Origin: Candidatus Omnitrophota bacterium
Lineage (GTDB): Bacteria > Omnitrophota > Omnitrophia > Omnitrophales > Aquincolibacteriaceae
Assembly: GCA_030698625.1 (NCBI GenBank)
Contig: JAUYMS010000048.1
Coordinates: 90,404 to 154,403, forward strand
Reading direction: 5' to 3'
DNA length: 64,000 bases
Positions within the stretch are counted from its first letter, which is position 1; each line of letters opens with the position of its first letter. Made by a program: the position numbers and the translations under genes. Shown piece after piece: positions 52,571 through 63,079 of this stretch. A model generated the notes under the pieces. The model was given only the letters and a program-made list of their open reading frames with translations. It was not told the origin of the DNA and did not search any database.

Positions 52571-53560
52571 ATGTTTGGATTAAAAGCAGAGGGAAAGCAT
52601 CAATCAAGTGAAACTCTGGTTATTCTTGGAGGAAACTCAAACCCGAGTCTAGTGAATGAGATTGCCGATTTTCTCAGTGCGCGGCCGGCAGAGGTGACGT
52701 GTGGCAGATTTCCGGAAGGCGAGATTCGCGTACAGATCAGGGAGAACATTCGCGGTAAAGACGTATTTATTGTGCAGTCGACGTGCACGCCGCCGAATGA
52801 CAACATCATGGAGCTTTTGATTCTCATTGATGCGGCTAAGCGTGCTTCGGCAATGCGTATCACCGCCGTCCTTCCTTTTTTTGGCTATGCACGGCAGGAT
52901 CGTAAGGATAAACCGCGGGTCCCCATTGCGGCAAAACTCGTAGCCAACCTGATCACGAAGGCTGGCGCTGATCGCGTCTTGACGATGGATCTGCACGCGG
53001 GTCAGATTCAGGGATTCTTTGACATTCCGGTGGATCACCTCTACTCGATAAGTATTATCGGAGAATATTTGCTTCGTAAGAATCTGAGCAATGTCTGCGT
53101 CGTTACGCCGGATATCGGCGGCACGCGTATGGCAAGAGCCTATTCGAAGCTGCTGTCTGCACCGTTGGCTATCGTCGATAAACGTCGGGAGGACGCGACA
53201 AAGACGCAAGTAGTGAATATTATAGGTTCCGTGGAGGGAAAAAATGTTCTCATCACCGATGACCTAATATCAACTGGCGGATCTCTGGTAGAAGCAGCAC
53301 GCGCACTTAAAGAAGCCGGGGCGCTTGATGTTTATGCGGCTGTCGTGCATCCGGTTCTCGCGGGTCCGGCTGTGGAAAGACTTGAAAATTCTGCTATCAA
53401 GGAACTCATCGTGACAAACTCGATTCCGATGACGGGTGAAAAGAAATCCGCAAAGGTGGTGCAGTTATCCGTGGCGCCGCTTTTAGCGGAGGCGATTTAC
53501 CGCATTCACCGAAACGAGTCTATCAGCGTACTGTTTTCAGACGTAGGTGTAGAGGCTTAA
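52571..53560 (+). CDS. prs: Ribose-phosphate pyrophosphokinase
   Basis: GYARQDRK, DLHAGQIQGFF, DDLISTGGS. Confidence 0.98.
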   Translation: MFGLKAEGKHQSSETLVILGGNSNPSLVNEIADFLSARPAEVTCGRFPEGEIRVQIRENIRGKDVFIVQSTCTPPNDNIMELLILIDAAKRASAMRITAVLPFFGYARQDRKDKPRVPIAAKLVANLITKAGADRVLTMDLHAGQIQGFFDIPVDHLYSISIIGEYLLRKNLSNVCVVTPDIGGTRMARAYSKLLSAPLAIVDKRREDATKTQVVNIIGSVEGKNVLITDDLISTGGSLVEAARALKEAGALDVYAAVVHPVLAGPAVERLENSAIKELIVTNSIPMTGEKKSAKVVQLSVAPLLAEAIYRIHRNESISVLFSDVGVEA

Positions 53561-53596
53561 TCTAAAAGTGAAATCATTATTGGGAGGTTGTGCGAG

Positions 53597-54295
53597 ATGG
53601 AAACCGTAGAACTGGAAGTCAAACATAGAACAGGAATGGGGACATCGGCATCACGTAGGCTCCGCCGGAAAGGGGCAGTGCCCGCCATCCTTTACGGACA
53701 CGGTATGGAACCCGTTTGTTTTGAGGTTAATGCCAAGAGTCTTAGCAAGGTGCTTCACACGAAGGCGGGTGAGAACGTGGTTCTTCAGCTGAAGCCGGAA
53801 GGCGTCAATCTTAAGGAGTCCACGTGCGTGTTTAAACACATTCACAGTAATCCCGTAACGGACAAGATTGATCATGTTGATTTCATGATTATTTCAATGA
53901 CCGAAAAGATTACTGTGAACGTTCCTCTGGTTGTGGAAAACGGCGAAGATGCGCTGGGCGTTAAAGAGGGCGGTGTATTGGATGTAGTGCATCATGAGAT
54001 CGAGGTCGAGTGTCTGCCTGCTAATATCCCGCAGAGCATCAAAGTGGATGTCAAAGATCTGAATATCGGCGATGCGATTCACTTAAAGGATATCGCCATT
54101 CCTGAAGGGGTTACATTCACCCTCGAACCCGAAGATGTGCTTGTAAGCGTTCAAGCACCGCGGAAGGAAGAGGAGGCGGTGGCCGAAGAAGAAGAAGCGG
54201 CTGAGCCCGAAGTTATCGAGAAGGGAAAGAAGCCTGAAGAAGGCGCTGAAGGCGAAGCGCCTAAGAAAAAGGAAGACGCAAAGAAAGCCGAGTAG
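53597..54295 (+). CDS. rplY: 50S ribosomal protein bL25/Ctc (long form)
   Basis: VPAILYG, HVDF, GVKEGG, acidic tail EPEVIEKGKK. Confidence 0.95.
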   Translation: METVELEVKHRTGMGTSASRRLRRKGAVPAILYGHGMEPVCFEVNAKSLSKVLHTKAGENVVLQLKPEGVNLKESTCVFKHIHSNPVTDKIDHVDFMIISMTEKITVNVPLVVENGEDALGVKEGGVLDVVHHEIEVECLPANIPQSIKVDVKDLNIGDAIHLKDIAIPEGVTFTLEPEDVLVSVQAPRKEEEAVAEEEEAAEPEVIEKGKKPEEGAEGEAPKKKEDAKKAE

Positions 54296-54312
54296 GACCC
54301 ACTTAACTTCAG

Positions 54313-54897
54313 ATGAAACTGATCGTGGGACTGGGGAATCCTGGTGGCAAGTACTCCGCGACTCGGCACAATGCCGGCCGATTGCTTGCGGAATTCTTCG
54401 CTCACTCCCTCTCGGTAAATTTTTTAAAAAAGAAAAAGCTGAACGCCTCACTGGCCGTTGGTGAGTTGGAAACCGAAAGCGTCATCGTGTCGTTCCCCGA
54501 AACTTTTATGAATCTTTCGGGCGGGGCTGTTCGGGCTATGGTGGGGAATTTCAACATTGATCCGAACACGGATCTTTTAGTCGTAAGCGATGATCTTGCG
54601 CTGCCTTTCGGCAAATTGCGTATACGGCCGCAGGGTAGCGACGGAGGCCACAACGGGATCAAATCGGTTATCGAAACCCTAGGCTGCTCATCTTTCGCAC
54701 GCCTTCGTATCGGTATTGGACATCCTCACGATATAGCCGATTCGACTGCTCCTGATAAGGTCGAGGAGTATGTTCTTAAGCCGTTCACTCAAGCAGAGAG
54801 GGAGCAATTGCCGGCCATTTTTAGGCGTGCTGAGGAAGCCTGTCGCCTGTGGATAACCAATCCCATGAGCCAGGTTATGAGTATCGTAAACAGTTGA
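54313..54897 (+). CDS. pth: Peptidyl-tRNA hydrolase
   Basis: IVGLGNPG, TRHNAG, GGHNGIKS, RLRIGIG. Confidence 0.97.
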   Translation: MKLIVGLGNPGGKYSATRHNAGRLLAEFFAHSLSVNFLKKKKLNASLAVGELETESVIVSFPETFMNLSGGAVRAMVGNFNIDPNTDLLVVSDDLALPFGKLRIRPQGSDGGHNGIKSVIETLGCSSFARLRIGIGHPHDIADSTAPDKVEEYVLKPFTQAEREQLPAIFRRAEEACRLWITNPMSQVMSIVNS

Positions 54898-54939
54898 TAA
54901 TAAAGGGCTAAGGGCGTTCCAGGAAGTGTTTCAATGCCC

Positions 54940-54968
54940 TTGCTTCACAGCCTATTATGTGTTAAATT
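54940..54968 (+). promoter_or_regulatory. Putative sigma70 promoter for rpsF-ssb-rpsR-rplI-dnaB
   Basis: TTGCTT-N17-TAAATT with TG extension; a 9-bp hairpin AAGGGCGTT/AATGCCCTT (54910-54941) lies just upstream. Confidence 0.55.
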
Positions 54969-55002
54969 GAGTGCTTCAAATTTGTTGACGAGGAGAGGTG
55001 TC

Positions 55003-55371
55003 ATGAGGAATTACGAAGGAATCTTTGTTTTTTTGCCGAATATTACGGAAGAAGTGAAGAAGGAACAAGAAAACGCCCTTGATGCGTTGGTCAAGAAATT
55101 CGAGGGTAAAATTATTTTAAAGACCGATTGGGGCAAGCGCCAATTGGGCCACCCGATTCGTAAGAGTCGTGATGTATTCATGGTTCTTTGGGATTTTGAT
55201 ATGGAGCCGGCAAAAATGGTCGGTTTTCGCAAGGCTTTAGAGTTGAGTCAGGATGTGATTAAGTTTACGGTCAGTCTCAAGGATCCGCGTCTGGAAGAGC
55301 AGAAGAAGAACAATCCCGCTCCGAAGATTAGCGAACTCGCAGTTGAGTCTTCAAATCCGGTAACGAGGTGA
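55003..55371 (+). CDS. rpsF: 30S ribosomal protein bS6
   Basis: MRNYE, WGKRQLGHPIRK; ATG after AGGAGAGG; synteny. Confidence 0.93.
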   Translation: MRNYEGIFVFLPNITEEVKKEQENALDALVKKFEGKIILKTDWGKRQLGHPIRKSRDVFMVLWDFDMEPAKMVGFRKALELSQDVIKFTVSLKDPRLEEQKKNNPAPKISELAVESSNPVTR

Positions 55372-55374
55372 TTT

Positions 55375-55848
55375 ATGGCAGCAACTTTAAATAAAGTAAT
55401 GCTTATTGGAAATCTGACGCGTGATCCGGAGTTACGCTATATCCCGTCGGGACAGCCTGTGGCCTCCTTTTCAATCGCTGTTAACCGCACCTACAATTCG
55501 CAGAGCGGTGAAAAGAAAGAGGAAGTCAGTTTTATTCGTGTTGTGGTCTGGGCAAAACTGGCTGAGATCACCAATGAATATCTTAAAAAGGGGAGCCCTG
55601 TTTTCGTAGAAGGCCGGCTTCAAAGTCGCAGTTGGGAAGCGCAGGACGGGAGCAAGCGTTCGACGATCGAAGTTATTGCGCAGAATATTCAATTCCTTGG
55701 CCGTCCATCGGGTTCGCGTGATACAACATTGCAGGTGCCTTCGGCCGACGATAGCATTTTTGAAGAACCCGCGGGTGCAGGGGCGTCAGCGAGATCCGTC
55801 TCCGTGTCAAAGGACGAGCTTAAGCCGGACGACGAAATTCCCTTCTGA
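55375..55848 (+). CDS. ssb: Single-stranded DNA-binding protein
   Basis: [33 protein letters not shown] tail. Confidence 0.98.
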   Translation: MAATLNKVMLIGNLTRDPELRYIPSGQPVASFSIAVNRTYNSQSGEKKEEVSFIRVVVWAKLAEITNEYLKKGSPVFVEGRLQSRSWEAQDGSKRSTIEVIAQNIQFLGRPSGSRDTTLQVPSADDSIFEEPAGAGASARSVSVSKDELKPDDEIPF

Positions 55849-55876
55849 CCGAAATCATTATCATAAGGAGCAATTC

Positions 55877-56179
55877 ATGGCATTTACAAACAAGAGAACC
55901 GACAGTAGAACGGCAAAGCCGAAATCGCGTTTCGGGCGTAAGCCGACAGGTCGCCGTACTACTTTTCGCAAGAAAACAAACCGGTTTCTGTCCGTGTTTG
56001 GCGGAGCCAGCATAGTTGTGGATTACAAGGACGCGGACCGCCTATCGCGTTTTTTGACCGAGAAGGGAAAGATCATTCCTCGCCGTATCACGGCTTTAAC
56101 CGCAAAGCAGCAGCGCATGCTTTCCCAGGCCATTAAAAAGGCCCGCCACGCGGGATTACTCCCGTACCAGATCGATTAA
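55877..56179 (+). CDS. rpsR: 30S ribosomal protein bS18
   Basis: [25 protein letters not shown]; ATG after AAGGAG. Confidence 0.96.
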   Translation: MAFTNKRTDSRTAKPKSRFGRKPTGRRTTFRKKTNRFLSVFGGASIVVDYKDADRLSRFLTEKGKIIPRRITALTAKQQRMLSQAIKKARHAGLLPYQID

Positions 56180-56180
56180 C

Positions 56181-56627
56181 ATGGAACTTATCCTTTTAAA
56201 AGACGTACCGAATGTAGGGTTCAAAGGGGAAATCATCCGTGTGCGGGAGGGGTTTGGCCGGAACTTCTTGCTTCCCAGGCGTCTCGCTGTTTCAAGCAGC
56301 CAGGCAAGTCAGCTGTTTATTGAGAAGCAAAAAGTGCGTTTAGCAAAAAGGGTGGCTGGAGAACGCGCCCAAGCCGAAAAGCAGGTTGAACAACTCAAGC
56401 AGTTAACGATTCAAATTCCATCGCGATCCGGCGACCAAGGGAAACTTTACGGTTCCATAACGGCTGATCATATCTGCGATGCCTTGAGCCAAAAGGGTTA
56501 TCAGTTTCGGAAGAAGCAGATTCGTTTGAAGGATGCTATCCGAACCCTGGGAGTTCATCCGGTCACGATCGAAGTATACCCACAGGTCAAGGCAACGCTA
56601 TCCATCGAAGTCGTTACTGAAGCCTAA
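56181..56627 (+). CDS. rplI: 50S ribosomal protein bL9
   Basis: GFGRNFLLP, KLYGSIT, IRTLG. Confidence 0.96.
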   Translation: MELILLKDVPNVGFKGEIIRVREGFGRNFLLPRRLAVSSSQASQLFIEKQKVRLAKRVAGERAQAEKQVEQLKQLTIQIPSRSGDQGKLYGSITADHICDALSQKGYQFRKKQIRLKDAIRTLGVHPVTIEVYPQVKATLSIEVVTEA

Positions 56628-56637
56628 TTTTCTGCTC

Positions 56638-58023
56638 ATGGCGGTTCAAAAAGTGGCCACAAACTCTCAGGCGGTTCCAGCCCTCTTTGAAAAGCTCCCC
56701 CCTCAGAATCGAGAAGCCGAGATGTGTGTGCTCGGTTCCATGTTGTTCGACGAGGAAGCCCTCGTGAACGTTCTGCAGTTATTGCGTGCCGATTATTTCT
56801 ATGACGAAAATCACAGAAAAATCTACACGGCAATACTTTCGCTTTTCGAAAAAAGTCAACCCGTTGACTTAATGACGCTCTCAAACGCGCTGCGCAGTCG
56901 CAGTGAACTTGAGGGTGTTGGGGGGACAAGCTATCTAACGCATCTTCATGCCCAGGTACCAACCGCTGCGCATGCGACGCACTACGCGCACATTGTGAAA
57001 GAGAAGGCGCTGCTTCGGTCTTTGGGCCAGAGCGCAACTCAGATTGTTCAGAACTGTTTTGACCCGGGCAGCGAGGTCGCACGGGTACTCGATCAGGCTG
57101 AACGAATGATTTTTGAACTCAGCCAGGATCAGATTGAAGGGCGGTTCGTGTCGTTTCGGGATATTATTCACCATAGCATGGAGACTATTGATCGACTCTA
57201 TGACCGTAAGGAGCACATAACGGGATTGGCGACGGGATTTAATGAGTTTGATGTCAAGACGGCTGGTCTTCAGCCCTCGGACTTGGTTATCGTTGCAGGA
57301 CGTCCCTCCATGGGGAAGTCGGCCTTTGTCTGCGGTCTTTGCGAGAACATTGGGGTTGTTTTAAAGAAGCCCATTGCGTTTTTCTCCCTAGAAATGAGTA
57401 AAGAGCAACTTGTGCAAAGAATGCTTTGTTCGCATGCCCGCGTCGATGCCCAAAAGGTGAGAACCGGTTATCTGTCACTGCAGGATTGGCCGAAACTGAC
57501 GGGAGCTGCTGGGAAGCTGTCTGAGGCGCCTATCTTTATCGACGATACTCCGGCGCAGACGATCGTGCAAGTGCGCACGAAGGCACGGCGTATGAAAATG
57601 CAGCATGATATTCAGCTTGTCATTATCGATTATATGCAGCTCATGCAGGGGACGGGAAATGCCGAAAGTCGGCAACAGGAAATTTCGGAGATATCCCGCT
57701 CTCTTAAGGCGCTCGCTCGCGAATTGAAAGTTCCTGTGATCGCGGTCAGTCAGCTTTCGCGCGCCGTCGAAAGCCGTACCGGCAATCGTCCGCAGCTTTC
57801 GGATTTGCGCGAATCGGGCGCCATTGAGCAGGATGCCGATGTGGTGACTTTTCTCTTTCGTGAGGAGTATTACAATCCGACCGAAGAGAACCGTAACAAA
57901 GCAGAGGCTATTATTGCTAAACAACGTAACGGACCCATCGGTTCGGTGGAGTTGCTGTTCTTGAAAGACTGGACGCGTTTTGAGAACCCCGAATTCTACC
58001 GCGAGGAGGAGACTAACCTATGA
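56638..58023 (+). CDS. dnaB: Replicative DNA helicase
   Basis: AGRPSMGKS, IDYMQL, SQLSR, SDLRESGAIEQDAD, KQRNGP; no intein. Confidence 0.98.
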   Translation: MAVQKVATNSQAVPALFEKLPPQNREAEMCVLGSMLFDEEALVNVLQLLRADYFYDENHRKIYTAILSLFEKSQPVDLMTLSNALRSRSELEGVGGTSYLTHLHAQVPTAAHATHYAHIVKEKALLRSLGQSATQIVQNCFDPGSEVARVLDQAERMIFELSQDQIEGRFVSFRDIIHHSMETIDRLYDRKEHITGLATGFNEFDVKTAGLQPSDLVIVAGRPSMGKSAFVCGLCENIGVVLKKPIAFFSLEMSKEQLVQRMLCSHARVDAQKVRTGYLSLQDWPKLTGAAGKLSEAPIFIDDTPAQTIVQVRTKARRMKMQHDIQLVIIDYMQLMQGTGNAESRQQEISEISRSLKALARELKVPVIAVSQLSRAVESRTGNRPQLSDLRESGAIEQDADVVTFLFREEYYNPTEENRNKAEAIIAKQRNGPIGSVELLFLKDWTRFENPEFYREEETNL

Positions 58024-60407
58024 GGAAATCCCTCTGGCTTGTTTTGCTGCTTCTGGCATGTCATGTGAGTGCGCCCAATGTTGCCTTTGCCGGCGATGAT
58101 CCGCTGGCTGAAGATCTTGACTCGCTTGAGCAGGAACTCCGCCAGATGCCGAAGGGTGAAGAGGCACCAGAACAGGTTCAGATGCCGAAGGAGCAGACCC
58201 CCCGGCAGGTGACTGGTCTTGAGATTCGCGGCAATCAAATCGTTAGTACGAATACTATTCTCAGCAAGATCAAGTCCCAGAAGGGCGAAATGCTTAGCCA
58301 GGATACCATTAATGCCGACATTAAGCGGCTTTATGGAACGGGTTTCTTCCAGGATATTAAGATGGAGCTCGAGGAAGAGACAGACGGGTATCGGTTGATC
58401 GTCTTCGTCGACGAGAAACCGATCGTGCGCCAAGTGCTTCTGGAGGGGTTTACGACCTTCAAGGAGGAGAAGCTGCGCAAAGAATTGAATATTATTGAGG
58501 GCCAGATCCTGGACCGGCGTTTGATTAAGCAGGGCATTGAAGCCATACGCAAGCTTTACGGCAGCAAGGGATTTAAATTCATCGACATCGACTCTGAAGT
58601 TGACGTCAACGCCAAAACAAAAGAAGCAACGATTTACGTGCGTATTACGGAAGGCGAGAAGTACAAGATTGAGAGTGTGGAATTCAAGGGAGCTACCTCG
58701 TTTGAGGCCAAGAAGCTCCGCAAATTGATGAAGACGAAGCGGGACCGCTGGTATACCTCCGGCGTATTTAAGGAAGAGCAGTTTCACAAGGATCTCGAAC
58801 GACTCCGATTTTTTTATCAGCAGGAGGGTTACCTTGACGTCAAGGTGGCGTCCGATTTCGATTATGACCGGGGCGAAAAGAAAATCCGGATCGTGATTCA
58901 GGTTGAAGAGGGGAATCACTACGTTACCGGTGAAGTTAAGATGGAAGGGAATGAGTTGTTCCCGGAGTCAGAAATCTGGGAACAACTTGAGATGCTCCCC
59001 GGTTTGACGTACTCTCAGTATTACCTGTCGCAGGATGTCGAACGAATCCGCAAGTACTATCACGAGCGCGGTTATCTCGACGCTCGCATTATTCCCGATA
59101 TTCGATTAAACCGAGATTCAGGCAAGGTGGACGTTTATTACAAGCTGCAGGAAGGGGATCTCCACTTTGTTGAGAAGGTGGTTATCCGCGGAAACACAAA
59201 AACCAAAGATATCGTTATTCGTCGCGAACTTCGCGTTCAGCCGGGATCCCGTTTTGACGGAACACAGATCGATAAGTCGAAGCAGCGTTTGGAAAATCTC
59301 GGTTTTTTTGAAGAAGTCACTTATGACACTGAGCCCGTAGCGGGGGCCACGAACCGCAAAGACCTTATTTTCCGTGTTAAGGAAAAAAGAACCGGTGAAT
59401 TGTCTTTCGGCGGTGGTGTCAGCTCCATAGACCGATTTGTGGGATTTGCCGAGATTTCTCAGAAAAATTTTGATTGGTTAAACTGGCCTCGCTTTACCGG
59501 CGGTGGCCAATCTCTATCGCTTAAAGCACGAATCGGCTCTTATAGTAAGGATTTCCGCCTGAGCTTTGTCGAACCCTATGTGTTCAACCGTCCCGTATCC
59601 TTCGGCGCGGATCTTTTTAATGTGCGGCAGGATAATAGAAACACCGATTTTGACGAAGAGCGCCGGGGCATTGCATTAACTATATCGCGTATGTTTAAGG
59701 ATGTCTTTCGATTGGGAACCGGTTATACCCTTGAGCGGGTTGAGCTCGATGATATCTCCGACGACGCGCCAACTATCGTGCGTGACTTTTCCGGAACCAA
59801 CTGGCTATCCCGATGGCGTGCTTTTACGAGCTACGATACCCGTGACAACGTTTTCAATCCTACGCGCGGCATGATTGTGAACTTCTCGGGAGATTTGGTG
59901 GGAGGGGTTCTTGCTGGTGACCAAGACTTTTACGTGTTGCAGACAAGCTTGACCCAGTATTGGAAATTCTTCAAGAAGCACATTTTGGAGTTGAAACTCC
60001 ACCTCGGGACGGCTTCGGAATACGGTGATTCCGAGGACGTTCCGGTGTTCGATCGCTTTTATGCAGGTGGTTTGGGGACGGTCCGCGGTTTCAACTATCG
60101 CCGAGTAGGTCCGATTGAAGCGGGCGATGCAGTTGGCGGTGAAACTCTGGCGGTCGGAAACTTGGAGTACACCTTCCCCATTCCTTATCTGGACGCATTT
60201 CGAGGGGCTGCCTTTATCGACGTGGGGCATGTAAATGAAAACGCATATGAGATTGATCCGAGCGAATTTTCCGTCAGTATTGGCCCTGGAGTTAAGATCA
60301 AAACGCCAATCGGGCCTGTCGCCTTTTATTACGGTCTTCCGATTGCCAACAAAGACGTGGAAGACACCAGCGGGCGTTTGGAGTTTAGTTTAAGCCGAGG
60401 TTTTTAA
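58020..60407 (+). CDS. bamA: Outer membrane protein assembly factor BamA
   Basis: Signal peptide, POTRA repeats (GNTKTKDIVIRREL), VRGF motif, terminal Phe. Confidence 0.96.
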   Translation: MRKSLWLVLLLLACHVSAPNVAFAGDDPLAEDLDSLEQELRQMPKGEEAPEQVQMPKEQTPRQVTGLEIRGNQIVSTNTILSKIKSQKGEMLSQDTINADIKRLYGTGFFQDIKMELEEETDGYRLIVFVDEKPIVRQVLLEGFTTFKEEKLRKELNIIEGQILDRRLIKQGIEAIRKLYGSKGFKFIDIDSEVDVNAKTKEATIYVRITEGEKYKIESVEFKGATSFEAKKLRKLMKTKRDRWYTSGVFKEEQFHKDLERLRFFYQQEGYLDVKVASDFDYDRGEKKIRIVIQVEEGNHYVTGEVKMEGNELFPESEIWEQLEMLPGLTYSQYYLSQDVERIRKYYHERGYLDARIIPDIRLNRDSGKVDVYYKLQEGDLHFVEKVVIRGNTKTKDIVIRRELRVQPGSRFDGTQIDKSKQRLENLGFFEEVTYDTEPVAGATNRKDLIFRVKEKRTGELSFGGGVSSIDRFVGFAEISQKNFDWLNWPRFTGGGQSLSLKARIGSYSKDFRLSFVEPYVFNRPVSFGADLFNVRQDNRNTDFDEERRGIALTISRMFKDVFRLGTGYTLERVELDDISDDAPTIVRDFSGTNWLSRWRAFTSYDTRDNVFNPTRGMIVNFSGDLVGGVLAGDQDFYVLQTSLTQYWKFFKKHILELKLHLGTASEYGDSEDVPVFDRFYAGGLGTVRGFNYRRVGPIEAGDAVGGETLAVGNLEYTFPIPYLDAFRGAAFIDVGHVNENAYEIDPSEFSVSIGPGVKIKTPIGPVAFYYGLPIANKDVEDTSGRLEFSLSRGF

Positions 60408-60452
60408 GAGCATTAATATTCTGAAACAGAAAATGGAGGAGGAGTTTTAGAA

Positions 60453-60971
60453 ATGAAAACCCTTTTAACGATATTACTAATCACACTGAGTACAGTTTTG
60501 ATGGCAACGCCCACAGCGCATGCAGCGGCGGAGCCTAATTATGCTTACGTCGATGTAGCCAAAATATTCGACGAGTATGAGAAGACAAAAACGAACGACA
60601 CGGCGCTTCAGACCGCAGGGCAGGAGAAGGAGAAGGATCGCGAAAAGATGGTTAAAGATATTCGCGCCTTGAAGGACGAGCTTGTGCTTTTGGCCGATGA
60701 TGCCAAAGTGAAAAAACAGGAAGTGCTTGACGAAAAAATCCGGGAGCTTCAGGATTTTGATCGGGATGCGCGCCGCGACCTCGGGAAACAGAGAAATGAT
60801 CTCGTTCGCGATATCTTCCAGGATATTGATGAAGTGGTGAAGCGCTATGGGGAGCGTAAGGGTTTTGATTTAATTTTCAACGAAAGGGCTCTTCTTTATC
60901 GCCACGATAAGTTTGATATTACCCAAGATGTTTTGAAGGAATTGAACAAATCGTACGGTAAGAAGCAATAG
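60453..60971 (+). CDS. skp: OmpH/Skp periplasmic chaperone
   Basis: Signal peptide, AYVDV, coiled coil, DITQDVLKELN; follows bamA. Confidence 0.9.
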   Translation: MKTLLTILLITLSTVLMATPTAHAAAEPNYAYVDVAKIFDEYEKTKTNDTALQTAGQEKEKDREKMVKDIRALKDELVLLADDAKVKKQEVLDEKIRELQDFDRDARRDLGKQRNDLVRDIFQDIDEVVKRYGERKGFDLIFNERALLYRHDKFDITQDVLKELNKSYGKKQ

Positions 60972-60978
60972 AACAAAA

Positions 60979-62271
60979 ATGAACGTAGTCGTTAAGCAAA
61001 AAACAATCGGCAAGACGGTTGGTTTCGAAGGACAGGGCTTGCATACGGGTAACCTCGCCCACTTTAAGGTTCATCCTGGATCTCCGAATTCAGGCATCAT
61101 GTTTTGTCGTACGGATCTTGACCCTTCTCTGAAGGTCAAGGCCGTGATTGATAATGTGTGTTGTGATGAGGCCCGGCAGACTGCTTTGATCATCGGTAAG
61201 GGCATCGTGCGCACGATCGAGCACCTGATGGCGACGTTTCACGGCCTTGGTATCGACAATGCCTACGTCGAAGTAGACGGAGATGAGTTGCCGGGTATGG
61301 ATGGGAGTGCCCGGGATTTTGTCGAGGGATTTTTGGATGCCGGAATCGTCGAACAGGATGCGGAACGCCGGTGGATTGAGCTCGAAGAGCCTGTTTATGT
61401 CGATGCTGGCGATCAGAGTCTGGTGCTGCTGCCGTCTTCCCATTTGAGCGTCTCTTATACCCTGAGCTACCGGCATGAGGACCTGAAGGATCAGTTTCTG
61501 GCTCTCAGAGTCCTGCCGGAGATCTTCGAGAGGGAACTCGCGCCGGCGCGCACCTTTTGTCTGAAGCAAGAGGCCGAATATCTTCTGGCCCAAGGCTTTG
61601 GAAAGGGGGCAAATGTTACAAATACGCTCGTATTTGAGAAGAATGTCCCTATCGACAACTTGTTGCGCTTTGAAAATGAGGCCTGTCGTCATAAAATAAT
61701 GGATCTCTTAGGTGATCTGCTTCTGGCTGGTGGTTTTATTCGCGGTCACGTGATAGCCAACCGCAGTGGGCATGCGCTTAATCTAGATCTCGTAAGGAAA
61801 ATTGTTATGGCCAAAAAGGACGATAAAACTGATCTTCCCGCTGTCTTAGGTGTCAATGAAATTCAGAAGATCATTCCGCACCGTTACCCCTTTCTTTTTG
61901 TGGACCGCATCGAAGAGTTTAGTCCCGGGGTTCGCGCCGTAGGGTATAAGCAAGTCAGTATTAACGATTATTTTTTTCAAGGCCATTTTCCGGGGCACCC
62001 GGTTATGCCGGGCGTCCTCATCATTGAGGCTATGGCGCAGGTAGGCGGCGTGATCATGCTCAGTAAGCCTGAAAACAGAAATAAGATCGCCTACTTTATG
62101 AGCCTGGATTCTGCTAAGTTTCGGCACCCTGTTGTGCCGGGCGATGAATTAAGAATGGAAGTCTCAGTCAAAAAAATCCGAGCGCGCACCGGTCAATGTG
62201 AAGGGCGTGCTTATGTGGGAGATAAATTGGTATGCGAAGCGGAAGTGAAGTTCGCAGTCGTGGAACCGTAA
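60979..62271 (+). CDS. lpxC: Bifunctional LpxC-FabZ fusion
   Basis: GLHTG, TIEHLMA, ARTF, HKIMDLLGDL, then PHRYPFLFVD, GHFPGHPVMPGVLIIEAMAQ in one frame. Confidence 0.96.
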   Translation: MNVVVKQKTIGKTVGFEGQGLHTGNLAHFKVHPGSPNSGIMFCRTDLDPSLKVKAVIDNVCCDEARQTALIIGKGIVRTIEHLMATFHGLGIDNAYVEVDGDELPGMDGSARDFVEGFLDAGIVEQDAERRWIELEEPVYVDAGDQSLVLLPSSHLSVSYTLSYRHEDLKDQFLALRVLPEIFERELAPARTFCLKQEAEYLLAQGFGKGANVTNTLVFEKNVPIDNLLRFENEACRHKIMDLLGDLLLAGGFIRGHVIANRSGHALNLDLVRKIVMAKKDDKTDLPAVLGVNEIQKIIPHRYPFLFVDRIEEFSPGVRAVGYKQVSINDYFFQGHFPGHPVMPGVLIIEAMAQVGGVIMLSKPENRNKIAYFMSLDSAKFRHPVVPGDELRMEVSVKKIRARTGQCEGRAYVGDKLVCEAEVKFAVVEP

Positions 62272-63038
62272 CAATCCATCCTACGGCTATCGTTCACCCT
62301 GACGCAGAGTTGGGTGAAGATGTCAATATAGGGCCCTTTAGTATTATTTCGGGGTCGGTTAAGATTGGTGACCGTACGATCATCGGTGCACGAGTAACCG
62401 TGGAAGGGAATACGACCATGGGTACCGATAACGAAGTATTCACGGGCGCTGTGATTGGAAGCCGAACCCAGGATAAGAAGTTTGACGGGGGCACGAGCTT
62501 TCTCAAGATTGGTAGCCGCAATAAGATCCGGGAATACGTAACCATCAATCCCGGTACTAAGGATGGGACCGAGACATCCGTCGGAGACGGTAATCTCTTG
62601 ATGGCGTACTGCCATGTCGCACATGATTGCGAGATTCGCGACCGCGCGGTGCTGGCGAATGCGGCCACGCTTGCCGGGCATGTGGTAGTCGAAGACATGG
62701 CGATCATCGGGGGGTTAAGCGCGGTTCATCAGTTCGTCCGGGTTGGAAGGCTCTCCATTGTGGGAGGTTGTTCCAAGGTGGTTCAGGACGCGCCGCCCTT
62801 CATGATGGTGGACGGGCACCCCGCGCGGGCGTATGGTACAAACTCCGTCGGCATCGACCGGGCAGGTATTGATAAGGAACAAAGGCTTGCCCTGAAGAAG
62901 GCTTTCAAAATAATCTTTCGCTCTAAGCTCACCTTGAAGAAGGCGATGTTGACAATGGAGCAAGAGATTGCTCCGAGCCCCTCCTTAAGCGTTTTATTGG
63001 ATTTTTTAAAAACGTCTGAGCGCGGAATCTGCCGCTAA
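62232..63038 (+). CDS. lpxA: UDP-GlcNAc O-acyltransferase
   Basis: IHPTAIV, hexapeptide repeats, MAYCHVAHDC, VHQF; exact start uncertain (40-nt overlap). Confidence 0.95.
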   Translation: MRSGSEVRSRGTVTIHPTAIVHPDAELGEDVNIGPFSIISGSVKIGDRTIIGARVTVEGNTTMGTDNEVFTGAVIGSRTQDKKFDGGTSFLKIGSRNKIREYVTINPGTKDGTETSVGDGNLLMAYCHVAHDCEIRDRAVLANAATLAGHVVVEDMAIIGGLSAVHQFVRVGRLSIVGGCSKVVQDAPPFMMVDGHPARAYGTNSVGIDRAGIDKEQRLALKKAFKIIFRSKLTLKKAMLTMEQEIAPSPSLSVLLDFLKTSERGICR

Positions 63039-63079
63039 CAAGGTAACCAGTCGCGCTCCTGATCTCCGGACACTTCTCT

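Noticed and set aside
57996-58919. 307-aa minus-strand ORF
   Set aside because: Antisense shadow of bamA
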